This document shows positions 51,152-60,706 of a stretch of 64,000 nt of DNA, one piece after another. Source of the DNA: Bacilli bacterium. Its GTDB lineage: Bacteria; Bacillota_I; Bacilli_A; ML615J-28; CAG-698. The stretch is taken from positions 88,184-152,183 of the forward strand of contig JAQUZE010000002.1 in the NCBI GenBank assembly GCA_028691515.1. Reading direction: 5' to 3'. Below the pieces are notes generated by a model, which worked only from the letters and a program-made list of their open reading frames with translations, ran no database searches and was not told the DNA's origin. A program made the translations under genes and the position numbers. How positions within the stretch are numbered: position 1 is the stretch's first letter; the number at the start of each line of letters is the position of its first letter.

Positions 51152-53023
51152 ATGTATAAATTGTATCCAAATGTTAGAAACATTACCTATACAAATCAAA
51201 ATTTTTCGGTTAAAAACAATTATCTTGTTTCTTATGATGCTTCTTTGGAAAACGTTTTTAATAAATTAAGCACTTTTCTTTCTGTGAAAAGAACAAAGGA
51301 ATTTGGAGATATTAATTTTATTTATGATGTTTCATTAAAAGAAGAAGAATATTTATTAAAGATTGAAACTACTAAAATTAACATTTCATATAAGAGTAAA
51401 AGCGGTGCTTTTTTTGCTGCTACAACATTGAAACAAATTTTTAGCCAAGTTGAAGGAGAAATACAAAGTTTAGAAATTAATGATTATCCGGATTTAGCTG
51501 TTAGAGGATTATTGCTAGATATTAGTCGTAATAAAGTTCCAAAACTTGAAACGGTATATAAAGTTGTAGATTTAATGAGTGACTTAAAGATGAATCATTT
51601 AGAATTATATGTTGAAGGGTTTTCTTTTGAATATCAATCATTTAGTAAGTATTTAGTTGAGGATGGTTACTTTACTATATCTGAATATAAAAAGTTAGAA
51701 GAATACTGTAATCAACGTGCAATTGATTTAGTGCCTAATCAAAATGGTTTTGGTCATATGGCAGATTGGCTTGCAAAGGATGAATTCCATGATTTAGCTG
51801 AGTGTCCAGATGGAGCTTTTATATGGGGAAGACACAGACCAGCAGCAACATTAGATCCAAGTGATCCCAAAGCACTTAATTTAATTACTAAAATGTATGC
51901 TGATATGTTGCCACATAGTAATTCTAAATATTTTAATATGAATTTTGATGAGCCTATGGAATTGGGGAAAGGAAAGTCAAAAGATATTTGTGCAGAAAAA
52001 GGTGTTGCTAATGTTTATATTGATTTTACTTTAAAGGCTTATGAGGAAATTAAAAAATATAATAAAATTCCATTAATTTGGGGAGATGTTTTAATACATC
52101 ATCCTGAATCACTAAACAGATTACCTAAAGATATGTTGTTTGTAGATTGGGGATATGATTCTGTATATCCTTTTTCTAAAAATTTAAAAAAATTGAAAGA
52201 TTTAAATATAAAATTTTTAGCAGCTCCAGCAACTACAAGTTGGTGTAGTTTTACAGGTAGAAGTAGTGAGTATATTGAAAATATAAATAATGCTTGTATG
52301 AACACTATAAAATATGAAGGACTAGGGGTTATATTAACTGATTGGGGAGATTTTGGACATTTGCAGTTTTTACCTATTAGTTATGCTCCAATTGTGTATT
52401 TAGCAATGACAAGTTGGCATTTCCAAGAAGGAACTTTCATTAAATTATCTGAATATATGAATAAATATGTTTTTAAAGATAAAGAAAATTTATTGTTTCA
52501 AAGTATGTTTGACTTAGGAAATTATAATCGTTATGAAAATAAATATACAACAAATGCTACATATACATTTTATGCTTTTATGTGGGCATATTATGCAAGC
52601 AAAGAAAAGGACCCAATTGAATACTATAAGAATAAAGTTAAAGATAGTGTTTTAAGTGTTAATAAATTTAATTTATTACATGAATTTTTGAATAATAAAG
52701 TTGAGGAAATACAAATTACTAATCTTCAATGTGAAGATGGAGAATTAATAAAAAAAGAACTTTATCAAAGTATATATTTAATTAAAAATATTCAAAAAGT
52801 TTTAATTGCGTTTAATGAAGATTTAGATATTAAAAAACGCATTGGATATTTAGAAGAAGTAATGAATTGTAAAAACCGTATAATTGATAGACAACAAAAA
52901 TTATGGCTAGCAAGGAATAAGAGTGGTGGATTAAAAGAGAGTATCTCTTTATTAGAGGGTTTTCTTAAATTTGCTGAATATACTTTAAATGAATTTAAAA
53001 GAGGTGAAGATGGTGGCGAATAA
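51152..53023 (+). CDS. Beta-N-acetylhexosaminidase, glycoside hydrolase family 20
   Basis: GH20 N-domain plus catalytic TIM barrel: RGLLLDISRNKVP, D-E catalytic pair region (HLELYVEGF...), 623 aa, cytoplasmic (no signal peptide). Confidence 0.85.
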   Translation: MYKLYPNVRNITYTNQNFSVKNNYLVSYDASLENVFNKLSTFLSVKRTKEFGDINFIYDVSLKEEEYLLKIETTKINISYKSKSGAFFAATTLKQIFSQVEGEIQSLEINDYPDLAVRGLLLDISRNKVPKLETVYKVVDLMSDLKMNHLELYVEGFSFEYQSFSKYLVEDGYFTISEYKKLEEYCNQRAIDLVPNQNGFGHMADWLAKDEFHDLAECPDGAFIWGRHRPAATLDPSDPKALNLITKMYADMLPHSNSKYFNMNFDEPMELGKGKSKDICAEKGVANVYIDFTLKAYEEIKKYNKIPLIWGDVLIHHPESLNRLPKDMLFVDWGYDSVYPFSKNLKKLKDLNIKFLAAPATTSWCSFTGRSSEYIENINNACMNTIKYEGLGVILTDWGDFGHLQFLPISYAPIVYLAMTSWHFQEGTFIKLSEYMNKYVFKDKENLLFQSMFDLGNYNRYENKYTTNATYTFYAFMWAYYASKEKDPIEYYKNKVKDSVLSVNKFNLLHEFLNNKVEEIQITNLQCEDGELIKKELYQSIYLIKNIQKVLIAFNEDLDIKKRIGYLEEVMNCKNRIIDRQQKLWLARNKSGGLKESISLLEGFLKFAEYTLNEFKRGEDGGE

Positions 53024-56000
53024 AAAAACAAATCCAGAACTTGTTGATAAAGCAAGTTTGGAATTAAACGAATTACAGGATGAAGAAATTGTAGTTCATA
53101 GAGTTTCAAAGTATGACAAAACAAAAAAGGTAAAGAAAAAACCAATTAAAACATCAAAGATTATTTTATATTTAATTGGTTTATTAATTGTTGTATTACT
53201 GTCTAGTTCAATTATATCAAGCTACTCATCAGACATTAGACTTTCTAATTCTGAAGTTCCTGAAGCTTTGATTCCTGTTGGTGATTATAATAATTATATA
53301 AAGGGAAAAGTAAGAGGTATTACAGATAAAGCAAGATTAGATTTGATTGATATTAAAGATGTTGAATCTGAAATAGTTCTTCCAAGAACTAATCCTATAT
53401 TGATTGATTTAGAATCGGGAGTTGCAAGTGATGAAGCTTTTGATTTTAAATATATGAATGAAGTTAACAGTACTGCTATTTTACCCAATGGTGAAAAAAT
53501 TTCTGGTTATTATACATCAAATGATGGTAGTGTTACTTGGAGTGTTCATGTTGCTGAAACTGGGTTTTATAATATTTTAATGACTTATTATCCAGAAAAA
53601 ACAAGAGATGAGAATTTGGTTGTTTTGGATAAAAGTGGAGGAGCAAATATTGAAAAATCCCTTTATATAAATGGTGAGATTCCTTTTAGTGGAGCAAGTA
53701 ATTTAAAGTTTGCTAGAATTTGGACAGATGCTCAAGAAATTGTTCAAGATTTAAATGGGAATGATATGAAGCCTGCTCAAAAAGAAATTTTTGATCTAAC
53801 AACAACTTATTTTAGAGATCATACGGGTTATGTTACTGAACCATATATGTTTTATTTTACTGAAGGTACTAATACAATTAAATTAGACTCTATAAGGGAA
53901 AATATGACAATTACTGAACTGAAATTAGTTCAAGTTGATAATAAAATTACTTATCAAGAGTATCAAGAATTATATAGTAATGTTCAAGAAACTTCAGGAC
54001 ATTTACTTCAAATTGAAGGGGAAGATTCAAGCAAAAGATCTTCACCTACTCTATATGCTATAGCTGATAGAACTAGTCCTAAAAATACTCCTACTGATCC
54101 TGTTCGTACAAAATTGAATGCAATCGGGGGGACAAAATGGACGAGTCCTGGTGATTGGATTACATGGGATATTGATGTTCCAGAAGCTGGATTTTATCAA
54201 ATATCATTTAAAGCTAAACAAAATGCTTCAAGAGGTTTGTTTAGTACTAGAAGAGTATATATTAATGGTATTGTTCCTTTTTTAGAAGCTAATCAAGCTA
54301 GATTTAATTATAGTACTGATTGGAACTTAGTTTATCTTGGGGATAAAGAAGAACCTTTCTTATTTTATTTAGATGAAGGTATTAATGAAATTACTTTGGA
54401 ATCTACTTTAGGTTCTTATGGAGAACCTGTAGAGACAGTTAGACAAGTAACTAATGAATTAAATGCTATGTATTTAAAAATTATTGCAATTACTACTGTA
54501 AATCCTGACCCTTATCAAGAATATCATTTATATGGTGATAATGCTAGAATTGATGGTTTATTAGAAAGTTTTGAAAAAAATGCTGAAAGATTAAGAAGTG
54601 TATCTTCAAAAATAACTGAAGTTTCTGGAGAAAAAAGTGATCTTATTGCAATTTTAGATAAAATGGCGATTCAGCTAGAAGATTTTTTGAAAAAGCCTAG
54701 AACAATTCAAGAAAGATTGGGTACTTTTAGTCAAAATATATCTTCTTTAGGAACATGGATTACTGATATTCAAGAACAATCATTAATTGTTGAAGCATTA
54801 TATGTTTCATCTTCAGATGTCGAAGTACCAGACCCTAATGCAAATTGGTTTGCTAATACTTGGTTTCAAATTAATTCATTTGTACAATCTTTCTTTTTTG
54901 ATTATCAATCTGTGGGCGTAACTACTGAGGGTGTAAGCGAGAATACAATTGATGTTTGGTTTTTAACAAGTTTGACTTCTGGACGTGAACAAGCTAATGC
55001 TTTTAAATCATTAGCAGATAGTACATTTACAAGCGTAACAGGAATTGATGTTAATTTAAAAGTTGTAGCACCGGGAGTACTTTTACCTAATACATTATCT
55101 GGTACAGGTCCTGATGTAGCAATAAATGTTGATGGAGGATTACCTGTAAATTATGCACTGAGAAATGCTATATATGATATTTCTCAATTTGATGATTTTA
55201 TTTATGAAAAAACTGAAAATGGTTATAAAGTACTTATTGATGGAGAAGAAAATTCTAGATTTGCTGATAGTGCTTTTGTTCCTTTTGAATTAAATGGTGG
55301 CTTTTATGCTATGCCAAATACACAATCATTTTTAGTAATGTTTTATAGAACTGATATTTTTGAAGATAATGGTTGGTTAGTTCCAGAGACTTGGGATGAA
55401 GTTACAAGTTTAGTTACTGAATTACAAATTTCTAACTTACAATTTTACTTGCCATTGAATACAAGTGGGGCAACTTCGGTTATTAATCCAGTATTTGCTT
55501 CAATGTTGTTTCAACATGGAGGATCTTTTTATTCAGAAAATAATATTAAGTCGAAATTAGATTCAGAAGAATCAATGGTTGCTTTTGAAGAATGGGCTAA
55601 ATATTATACGGATTATTCTTTCCCACTTTCAGCAAGTTTTATTAATAGATTCCGTTCTGGTGAGACACCAATTGGTATTGCTTATTATGAAATGTTTAAT
55701 ACTCTAGCTGTATTTGCACCAGAGATTACTGGTAAATGGGCATTTGCCCCACTACCTGGATTTTATAATGAAGAAACAGGATTGATTAATAATAAAGGTG
55801 CTGCTGGTGGTAGTGCTGCAGTTATAATGAAACAAACAGAGAAACCTGATGAAAGTTGGGAATTCTTAAAATGGTGGACATCTGCTGATACTCAAGCTAG
55901 TTATGGAACAGAGTTAGAGTCAATTTTGGGAGCTGCTGCAAGACATAATACAGCTAATATAGAAGCTTTTACTAATATGGCTTGGACAAAGACTGAAAAA

Positions 56001-56204
56001 ACAATTTTGCTTAGTCAATGGCATAATACTGTAGGAATACCTCAAGTAGCAGGTGGTTATTATACAGGTAGAAATATTGAAAATGCATTCCGTAAGACAG
56101 TTAATGAAGATTTAAATGCTCGTGAAGTTTTATTGGAATATGTTGAATTAATTAATAATGAAATATTAAAGAAACGCGAAGAATTCGGTTTACCGATTGC
56201 TTAG
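53010..56204 (+). CDS. Giant extracellular solute-binding protein (CUT1/LplA-like SBP) with N-terminal TM anchor and two tandem CBM-like beta-sandwich modules
   Basis: TM helix ILYLIGLLIVVLLSS; two homologous modules (..SVTWSVHVAETGFYNILMTYYPE.. and ..WITWDIDVPEAGFYQISFKAKQN..); C-terminal about 450 aa resembles family-1 sugar SBPs; GAGGTGA RBS before ATG 53010. Confidence 0.75.
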   Translation: MVANKKTNPELVDKASLELNELQDEEIVVHRVSKYDKTKKVKKKPIKTSKIILYLIGLLIVVLLSSSIISSYSSDIRLSNSEVPEALIPVGDYNNYIKGKVRGITDKARLDLIDIKDVESEIVLPRTNPILIDLESGVASDEAFDFKYMNEVNSTAILPNGEKISGYYTSNDGSVTWSVHVAETGFYNILMTYYPEKTRDENLVVLDKSGGANIEKSLYINGEIPFSGASNLKFARIWTDAQEIVQDLNGNDMKPAQKEIFDLTTTYFRDHTGYVTEPYMFYFTEGTNTIKLDSIRENMTITELKLVQVDNKITYQEYQELYSNVQETSGHLLQIEGEDSSKRSSPTLYAIADRTSPKNTPTDPVRTKLNAIGGTKWTSPGDWITWDIDVPEAGFYQISFKAKQNASRGLFSTRRVYINGIVPFLEANQARFNYSTDWNLVYLGDKEEPFLFYLDEGINEITLESTLGSYGEPVETVRQVTNELNAMYLKIIAITTVNPDPYQEYHLYGDNARIDGLLESFEKNAERLRSVSSKITEVSGEKSDLIAILDKMAIQLEDFLKKPRTIQERLGTFSQNISSLGTWITDIQEQSLIVEALYVSSSDVEVPDPNANWFANTWFQINSFVQSFFFDYQSVGVTTEGVSENTIDVWFLTSLTSGREQANAFKSLADSTFTSVTGIDVNLKVVAPGVLLPNTLSGTGPDVAINVDGGLPVNYALRNAIYDISQFDDFIYEKTENGYKVLIDGEENSRFADSAFVPFELNGGFYAMPNTQSFLVMFYRTDIFEDNGWLVPETWDEVTSLVTELQISNLQFYLPLNTSGATSVINPVFASMLFQHGGSFYSENNIKSKLDSEESMVAFEEWAKYYTDYSFPLSASFINRFRSGETPIGIAYYEMFNTLAVFAPEITGKWAFAPLPGFYNEETGLINNKGAAGGSAAVIMKQTEKPDESWEFLKWWTSADTQASYGTELESILGAAARHNTANIEAFTNMAWTKTEKTILLSQWHNTVGIPQVAGGYYTGRNIENAFRKTVNEDLNAREVLLEYVELINNEILKKREEFGLPIA

Positions 56205-56217
56205 AAAGGGGAGTCAA

Positions 56218-57258
56218 ATGGAAAATATTGATATTGAAAAAGCTCCCGTTATAAGCGAGGGAAATAAAGAGAAAAAAGGATTAAAAAAATGGATGTGTGC
56301 TAAATCTTCTAAATTTAGAAGTTGGTGGGATGATAAAAGACATAAGATGGATAAATGGAGTAGAGAAACACCATTTAGACGAAAAATGTGGTTAAATAAG
56401 ACACTTTATATGATGATGATACCTTATATGGTTTTGTTTTTCTTATTTACTGTTGTTCCGGTAGTTATGAGTTTCTTATTAAGCTTTTCATATTTTAATC
56501 TTTTAGAAGCACCAAGATTTATAGGTTGGGCAAACTATTTAGCATTATTTTTAGATGATCCAATATTTATTACTTCAATTAAAAATACTTTAATTATAGC
56601 TTTAATTACTGGACCGTTAGGTTATTTACTATCATTTGTTTTTGCTTGGTTAATTAATGAATTACCAAATAAATTAAGAGCATTTATTACTTTAGTATTT
56701 TATGCTCCGTCTATTTCTGGTAGTGCTTTGGCAATTTGGACATTAATATTTGCTAGTGATATATACGGATATGCCAATTCGTTTTTAATAAATTGGGGAC
56801 TTATTAGGGAACCAATAACTTGGCTTCAAGATTCAGCCTATATTTTACCGATTGTTATTGTTGTTCAATTATGGATGAGTTTAGGAGTTAACTTTTTAAC
56901 ATTAATTGCGGGATTAAAAGGTGTAGATAGGAGTCAATATGAGGCTGGAGCAGTTGATGGTGTTAAAAACAGATGGCAAGAACTTTGGTATATTACATTA
57001 CCAAATATGAAACCACAATTATTATTTAGTGCCGTTTTACAAATTTCTGGTTCACTAGGAGTTGGAGCTATTACTACAGCTCTTGCTGGATTCCCTTCTG
57101 TAAATTATGCTGGCCATACAATTGTAAATCATTTACAAGATTATGGAACAACAAGATATGAGATGGGATATGCATCTGCTATTGCGACCCTTTTGTTTAT
57201 ATCTGCAATTATTTTGAATAAGTTGATTAGAAAAATTATTGGAAGGGTGGGTTCATAA
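56218..57258 (+). CDS. Carbohydrate ABC transporter permease (CUT1, MalF/LplB-like)
   Basis: 6 TM, EAA-loop region (EAGAVDGVKNRWQELWYITLP); GGGGAG RBS before ATG 56218. Confidence 0.85.
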   Translation: MENIDIEKAPVISEGNKEKKGLKKWMCAKSSKFRSWWDDKRHKMDKWSRETPFRRKMWLNKTLYMMMIPYMVLFFLFTVVPVVMSFLLSFSYFNLLEAPRFIGWANYLALFLDDPIFITSIKNTLIIALITGPLGYLLSFVFAWLINELPNKLRAFITLVFYAPSISGSALAIWTLIFASDIYGYANSFLINWGLIREPITWLQDSAYILPIVIVVQLWMSLGVNFLTLIAGLKGVDRSQYEAGAVDGVKNRWQELWYITLPNMKPQLLFSAVLQISGSLGVGAITTALAGFPSVNYAGHTIVNHLQDYGTTRYEMGYASAIATLLFISAIILNKLIRKIIGRVGS

Positions 57259-57259
57259 A

Positions 57260-58258
57260 ATGGCTGATAACATAAAAAAATTAGATGCTGAATCAAAAAA
57301 CTCTTCGGGTAAATTATCAAATAAAGAATTAAAGAATGAACGTAAATCTGCAAGAATAGATTCTCGACCTTTTGCAGAAATAAGCAGTTTAAAGGTTCAA
57401 AGAAGATCTAAAAAAAGAAAAAGAATTAATCGTTCTATTGGTGGAGACCTTATTTTGTTTTTATTCTTGGCACTTGCTGGAGTTTTATCAGCTTTACCAT
57501 TAATATTAACTATTAATAATGCGTTTAAACCATTAGATGAATTGTTTAAATTTCCACCAAACATTTTTGTTAGAAATCCAACACTTGCCAATTTTTCGGA
57601 TTTGGGTGTTGCCTTATCAAGTTCAATAGTTCCATTTTCAAGATATTTATTTAATACAATATTAATTACTATTGTAGGAACTGTGGGACATGTTATAGTT
57701 GCTTCAATGTGTGCTTATCCTTTAGCAAAGTATAAAATTCCTGGGGGAACTTTTATCTTTGGTTTGGTTATATATTCATTAATGTTTCCAGCTGCAGTTA
57801 CAGCTATTCCAAATTATATTATTTTAAATTGGTTAGGAATGATTGATACTTATTGGGCTTTGATTTTGCCTATGGTAGCATCTTCACTTGGATTATTTTT
57901 AATGAAACAGTTTATGGGACAGATTTCAACATCATATATTGAATCTGCAAAAATAGATGGTGCTGGCGATTTTAAGATTTTTTGGAAAATTGTTATGCCT
58001 CTTGTAAAACCAGCTTGGATTACTTTAATTATTTTAGTATTTCAATCTTTATGGAATGCAAATGGTGCAATGTATATATATCGTGAAGATTTTAAAATGG
58101 TAAGTTATGCACTTTCACAAATTGCTACAGCAGGACCTGCCCGTCAAGGTACGCTTGCTGCAGTAGGGTTACTGATGATATCAGTTCCAATTATAATGTT
58201 TATTGTTTCTCAAAGTAATATGTTAGAAACAATGGCTCATTCAGGAATTAAGGAGTAG
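57260..58258 (+). CDS. Carbohydrate ABC transporter permease (CUT1, MalG/LplC-like)
   Basis: 6 TM, EAA loop (ESAKIDGAGDFKIFWKIVMP). Confidence 0.85.
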   Translation: MADNIKKLDAESKNSSGKLSNKELKNERKSARIDSRPFAEISSLKVQRRSKKRKRINRSIGGDLILFLFLALAGVLSALPLILTINNAFKPLDELFKFPPNIFVRNPTLANFSDLGVALSSSIVPFSRYLFNTILITIVGTVGHVIVASMCAYPLAKYKIPGGTFIFGLVIYSLMFPAAVTAIPNYIILNWLGMIDTYWALILPMVASSLGLFLMKQFMGQISTSYIESAKIDGAGDFKIFWKIVMPLVKPAWITLIILVFQSLWNANGAMYIYREDFKMVSYALSQIATAGPARQGTLAAVGLLMISVPIIMFIVSQSNMLETMAHSGIKE

Positions 58259-58264
58259 ATAGAT

Positions 58265-59986
58265 ATGCGTAAAATATTTATTCTTTCTTCTTTTATACTA
58301 ATAATATTGATTTCTATTGTGGGTAGTAATGCTGTGACGGGATATAATTACTCACACAAAGGAGAACCAATTCACTCATCTTTAGGATTAACTACAGCAA
58401 ATGATGGTATATTTACTGTTGTTAGTGATGGATGGAGTCGAATTGATGCGAGCAAATTTACGTCTCCTGAAGATATGTATATTTATACGGAAATAGATGA
58501 TGAAGGAACAGAAAAAGATATAATTTATATTGTTGATTCCTCATCGAGTTTATTATATGTTTTTGATGAAAATTTAAATCTTAAATCTGGTTCAAACGGA
58601 ATTATTTCTAAATTTGAAGTTCGACCTGAAAATTTTACTCAAGAACAATATATGAAAGTTAAAACAAGATCTGATACATCGAGTGTTACTCTAAATAGTA
58701 GAGTAAATTGGACGAAGTTTTATTCTGCCATTCTTACTCCAGAACCGGTTCGTACTGAAGCTCAAAGAGTATATTTAGAATTAAATGGTGTCAGTGGTGT
58801 ATATAGAGCAAAAAGACCTGCAAGAGCTGAAGATGGAACAATAATTAAGGGTGAATATCAAGATTTATTATATTTAAGTGATAAAGGTAATAATCAAATA
58901 GTAATTGTTGATGCAACTGATTACCATGTTGTTCAGGTAGTTAGTCAACCAACTGATATTACATTTTCTGGAAAAACATTTGCACCGATGAAGCTTGTCA
59001 CTGATTCAACAGGAAGAATTTTTGTTATTTCTGAAGGTGTTTATGAAGGTATCATGCAAATGAGTTATTATGGTAAATTTATGAGTTATATTGGCGTTAA
59101 TTATGCTAAGCTTACGGCTTGGGAAACTTTTTGGAGAAGATTTTCAACTGATATTCAATTATCGCAAAAAGATTCTATTTTAAATACTGAGTTTAAAAAT
59201 ATGGCTATTGATTCTAAAAATTTTATTTATACAGTTTCAAGAGCAACAACTGATTCTAATGATATTGTTGATAATAGCGCAATGATTAAGAAGATTAATC
59301 CATCAGGGAATGATACACTTACAAAAAATGGTTATTCAAATCCTGTTGGTGACGTTGTGACAATTAATGTTGGTACAAATTTATTATTAAGAGGTCCATC
59401 AAGATTTACAGGAGTTGCTGTTAATAGTTATGGTATTTATACTGTAAGTGATGAAAAATCAGGAAGATTATTTTCATATGATGATGAGGGTAATTTGTTA
59501 TATATTTCTGCAGAATCTGGTCCAGAATTAGGTAATCTTAATAATCCGGTTGCAATTAGATATCAAGGAGAAAATATTTTAGTTCTTGATAAATTTTCAA
59601 AAGCGGTTATAAGATTTAAACCAACTGATATTGCAAAAGTTATTAATAGAGCTGTTAAGTATCAATATAATGGACAATTAAAAGAAGCAGCAGAAGAATG
59701 GAAAAATGTTGTTTCTGAAAATCCTAACTATGAACTTGCTTATGTTGGAATTGGTAAATCATTACTTAATGATGGAAGATATGAAGATGCAATGGCATTT
59801 TTTCAAATAGGATTTAATCAAACTTATTATTCACGTGCATATAAGAGTTATCGTGATCAAGTGATAAAAGAAAACTTTCCAATTGTAATTAGTATGACTG
59901 CATTTGCAATTGTACTTTTGTATGGTAGAGGTGCTTTTGAAAAGAAGCGTAAGAAATTTATGATTAAATTGGCAGGTGATAAATAA
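58265..59986 (+). CDS. Secreted NHL-repeat (beta-propeller) protein with TPR-like region and C-terminal TM anchor
   Basis: Signal peptide; repeated hydrophobic-D motifs (IYIVDSSSSLLYVFD, LYLSDKGNNQIVIVD, IFVISEG, LLYISAESG, ILVLD); C-terminal TPR-like (PNYELAYVGIGKSLLNDGRYEDAMAFF) and TM helix. Confidence 0.6.
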   Translation: MRKIFILSSFILIILISIVGSNAVTGYNYSHKGEPIHSSLGLTTANDGIFTVVSDGWSRIDASKFTSPEDMYIYTEIDDEGTEKDIIYIVDSSSSLLYVFDENLNLKSGSNGIISKFEVRPENFTQEQYMKVKTRSDTSSVTLNSRVNWTKFYSAILTPEPVRTEAQRVYLELNGVSGVYRAKRPARAEDGTIIKGEYQDLLYLSDKGNNQIVIVDATDYHVVQVVSQPTDITFSGKTFAPMKLVTDSTGRIFVISEGVYEGIMQMSYYGKFMSYIGVNYAKLTAWETFWRRFSTDIQLSQKDSILNTEFKNMAIDSKNFIYTVSRATTDSNDIVDNSAMIKKINPSGNDTLTKNGYSNPVGDVVTINVGTNLLLRGPSRFTGVAVNSYGIYTVSDEKSGRLFSYDDEGNLLYISAESGPELGNLNNPVAIRYQGENILVLDKFSKAVIRFKPTDIAKVINRAVKYQYNGQLKEAAEEWKNVVSENPNYELAYVGIGKSLLNDGRYEDAMAFFQIGFNQTYYSRAYKSYRDQVIKENFPIVISMTAFAIVLLYGRGAFEKKRKKFMIKLAGDK

Positions 59987-60690
59987 TGAAACAAAATATT
60001 ATGGATAATAAAGTAGTTCGTTATTTGTTAATTACTTATGAAAAAATAAAAAAATTCTTTAATTTTATAGTTGAAGAGGGAATTAGGTTTCCTGTTTATA
60101 TCTTATTTCATCCTTTTAAAGGATTTGATGAATTTAAACGTGAAAAAAGAGCGAAGCCAAGTATTGCAATTGCTTTTGTTGTTATATTTATTTTGTTGCA
60201 AATAATATCTTTTCAATATGAAGGATTTATGGTTAATCAAAATGATATTAGTGACTTAAATACATTTGCACAAATAACATATGTCTTAGTACCTATTTTA
60301 GTTCTTGCATTTGGTAATTGGAGTATTACTACTTTATTTGATGGCAAGGGAACTATTAAAGAAATATTAATGCTTATATCTTATTCGTTATTTCCAATGA
60401 TTATTACACAATTTTTTGCTTTATTTTTAAGCAATATGATTGCGCAAGAAGAAATTGGACTTTATAGCTTAGTTTTAAGTGTGGGTGTTTTTGCTACAGG
60501 ATATATGGTGTTTGTTGGTTTAGTATCAATTCATGAATATGGTGTATTAAAGTGCATTATAACGATTGTGTTTACGATTGTAGCAGCGCTTGTAATATTA
60601 TTCATTGCTTTACTTGGATTTGATTTGTTTAGAAAAATTTATGGTTTTGTGTATACAATTTATCGAGAAATAGCTCTCAGATACTTTTAG
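59986..60690 (+). CDS. Yip1-family integral membrane protein
   Basis: 234 aa, 5 TM with Yip1/DUF1282 topology; ATGA overlap with upstream gene. Confidence 0.7.
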   Translation: MKQNIMDNKVVRYLLITYEKIKKFFNFIVEEGIRFPVYILFHPFKGFDEFKREKRAKPSIAIAFVVIFILLQIISFQYEGFMVNQNDISDLNTFAQITYVLVPILVLAFGNWSITTLFDGKGTIKEILMLISYSLFPMIITQFFALFLSNMIAQEEIGLYSLVLSVGVFATGYMVFVGLVSIHEYGVLKCIITIVFTIVAALVILFIALLGFDLFRKIYGFVYTIYREIALRYF

Positions 60691-60706
60691 AAAGTGAGGT
60701 TAATTA

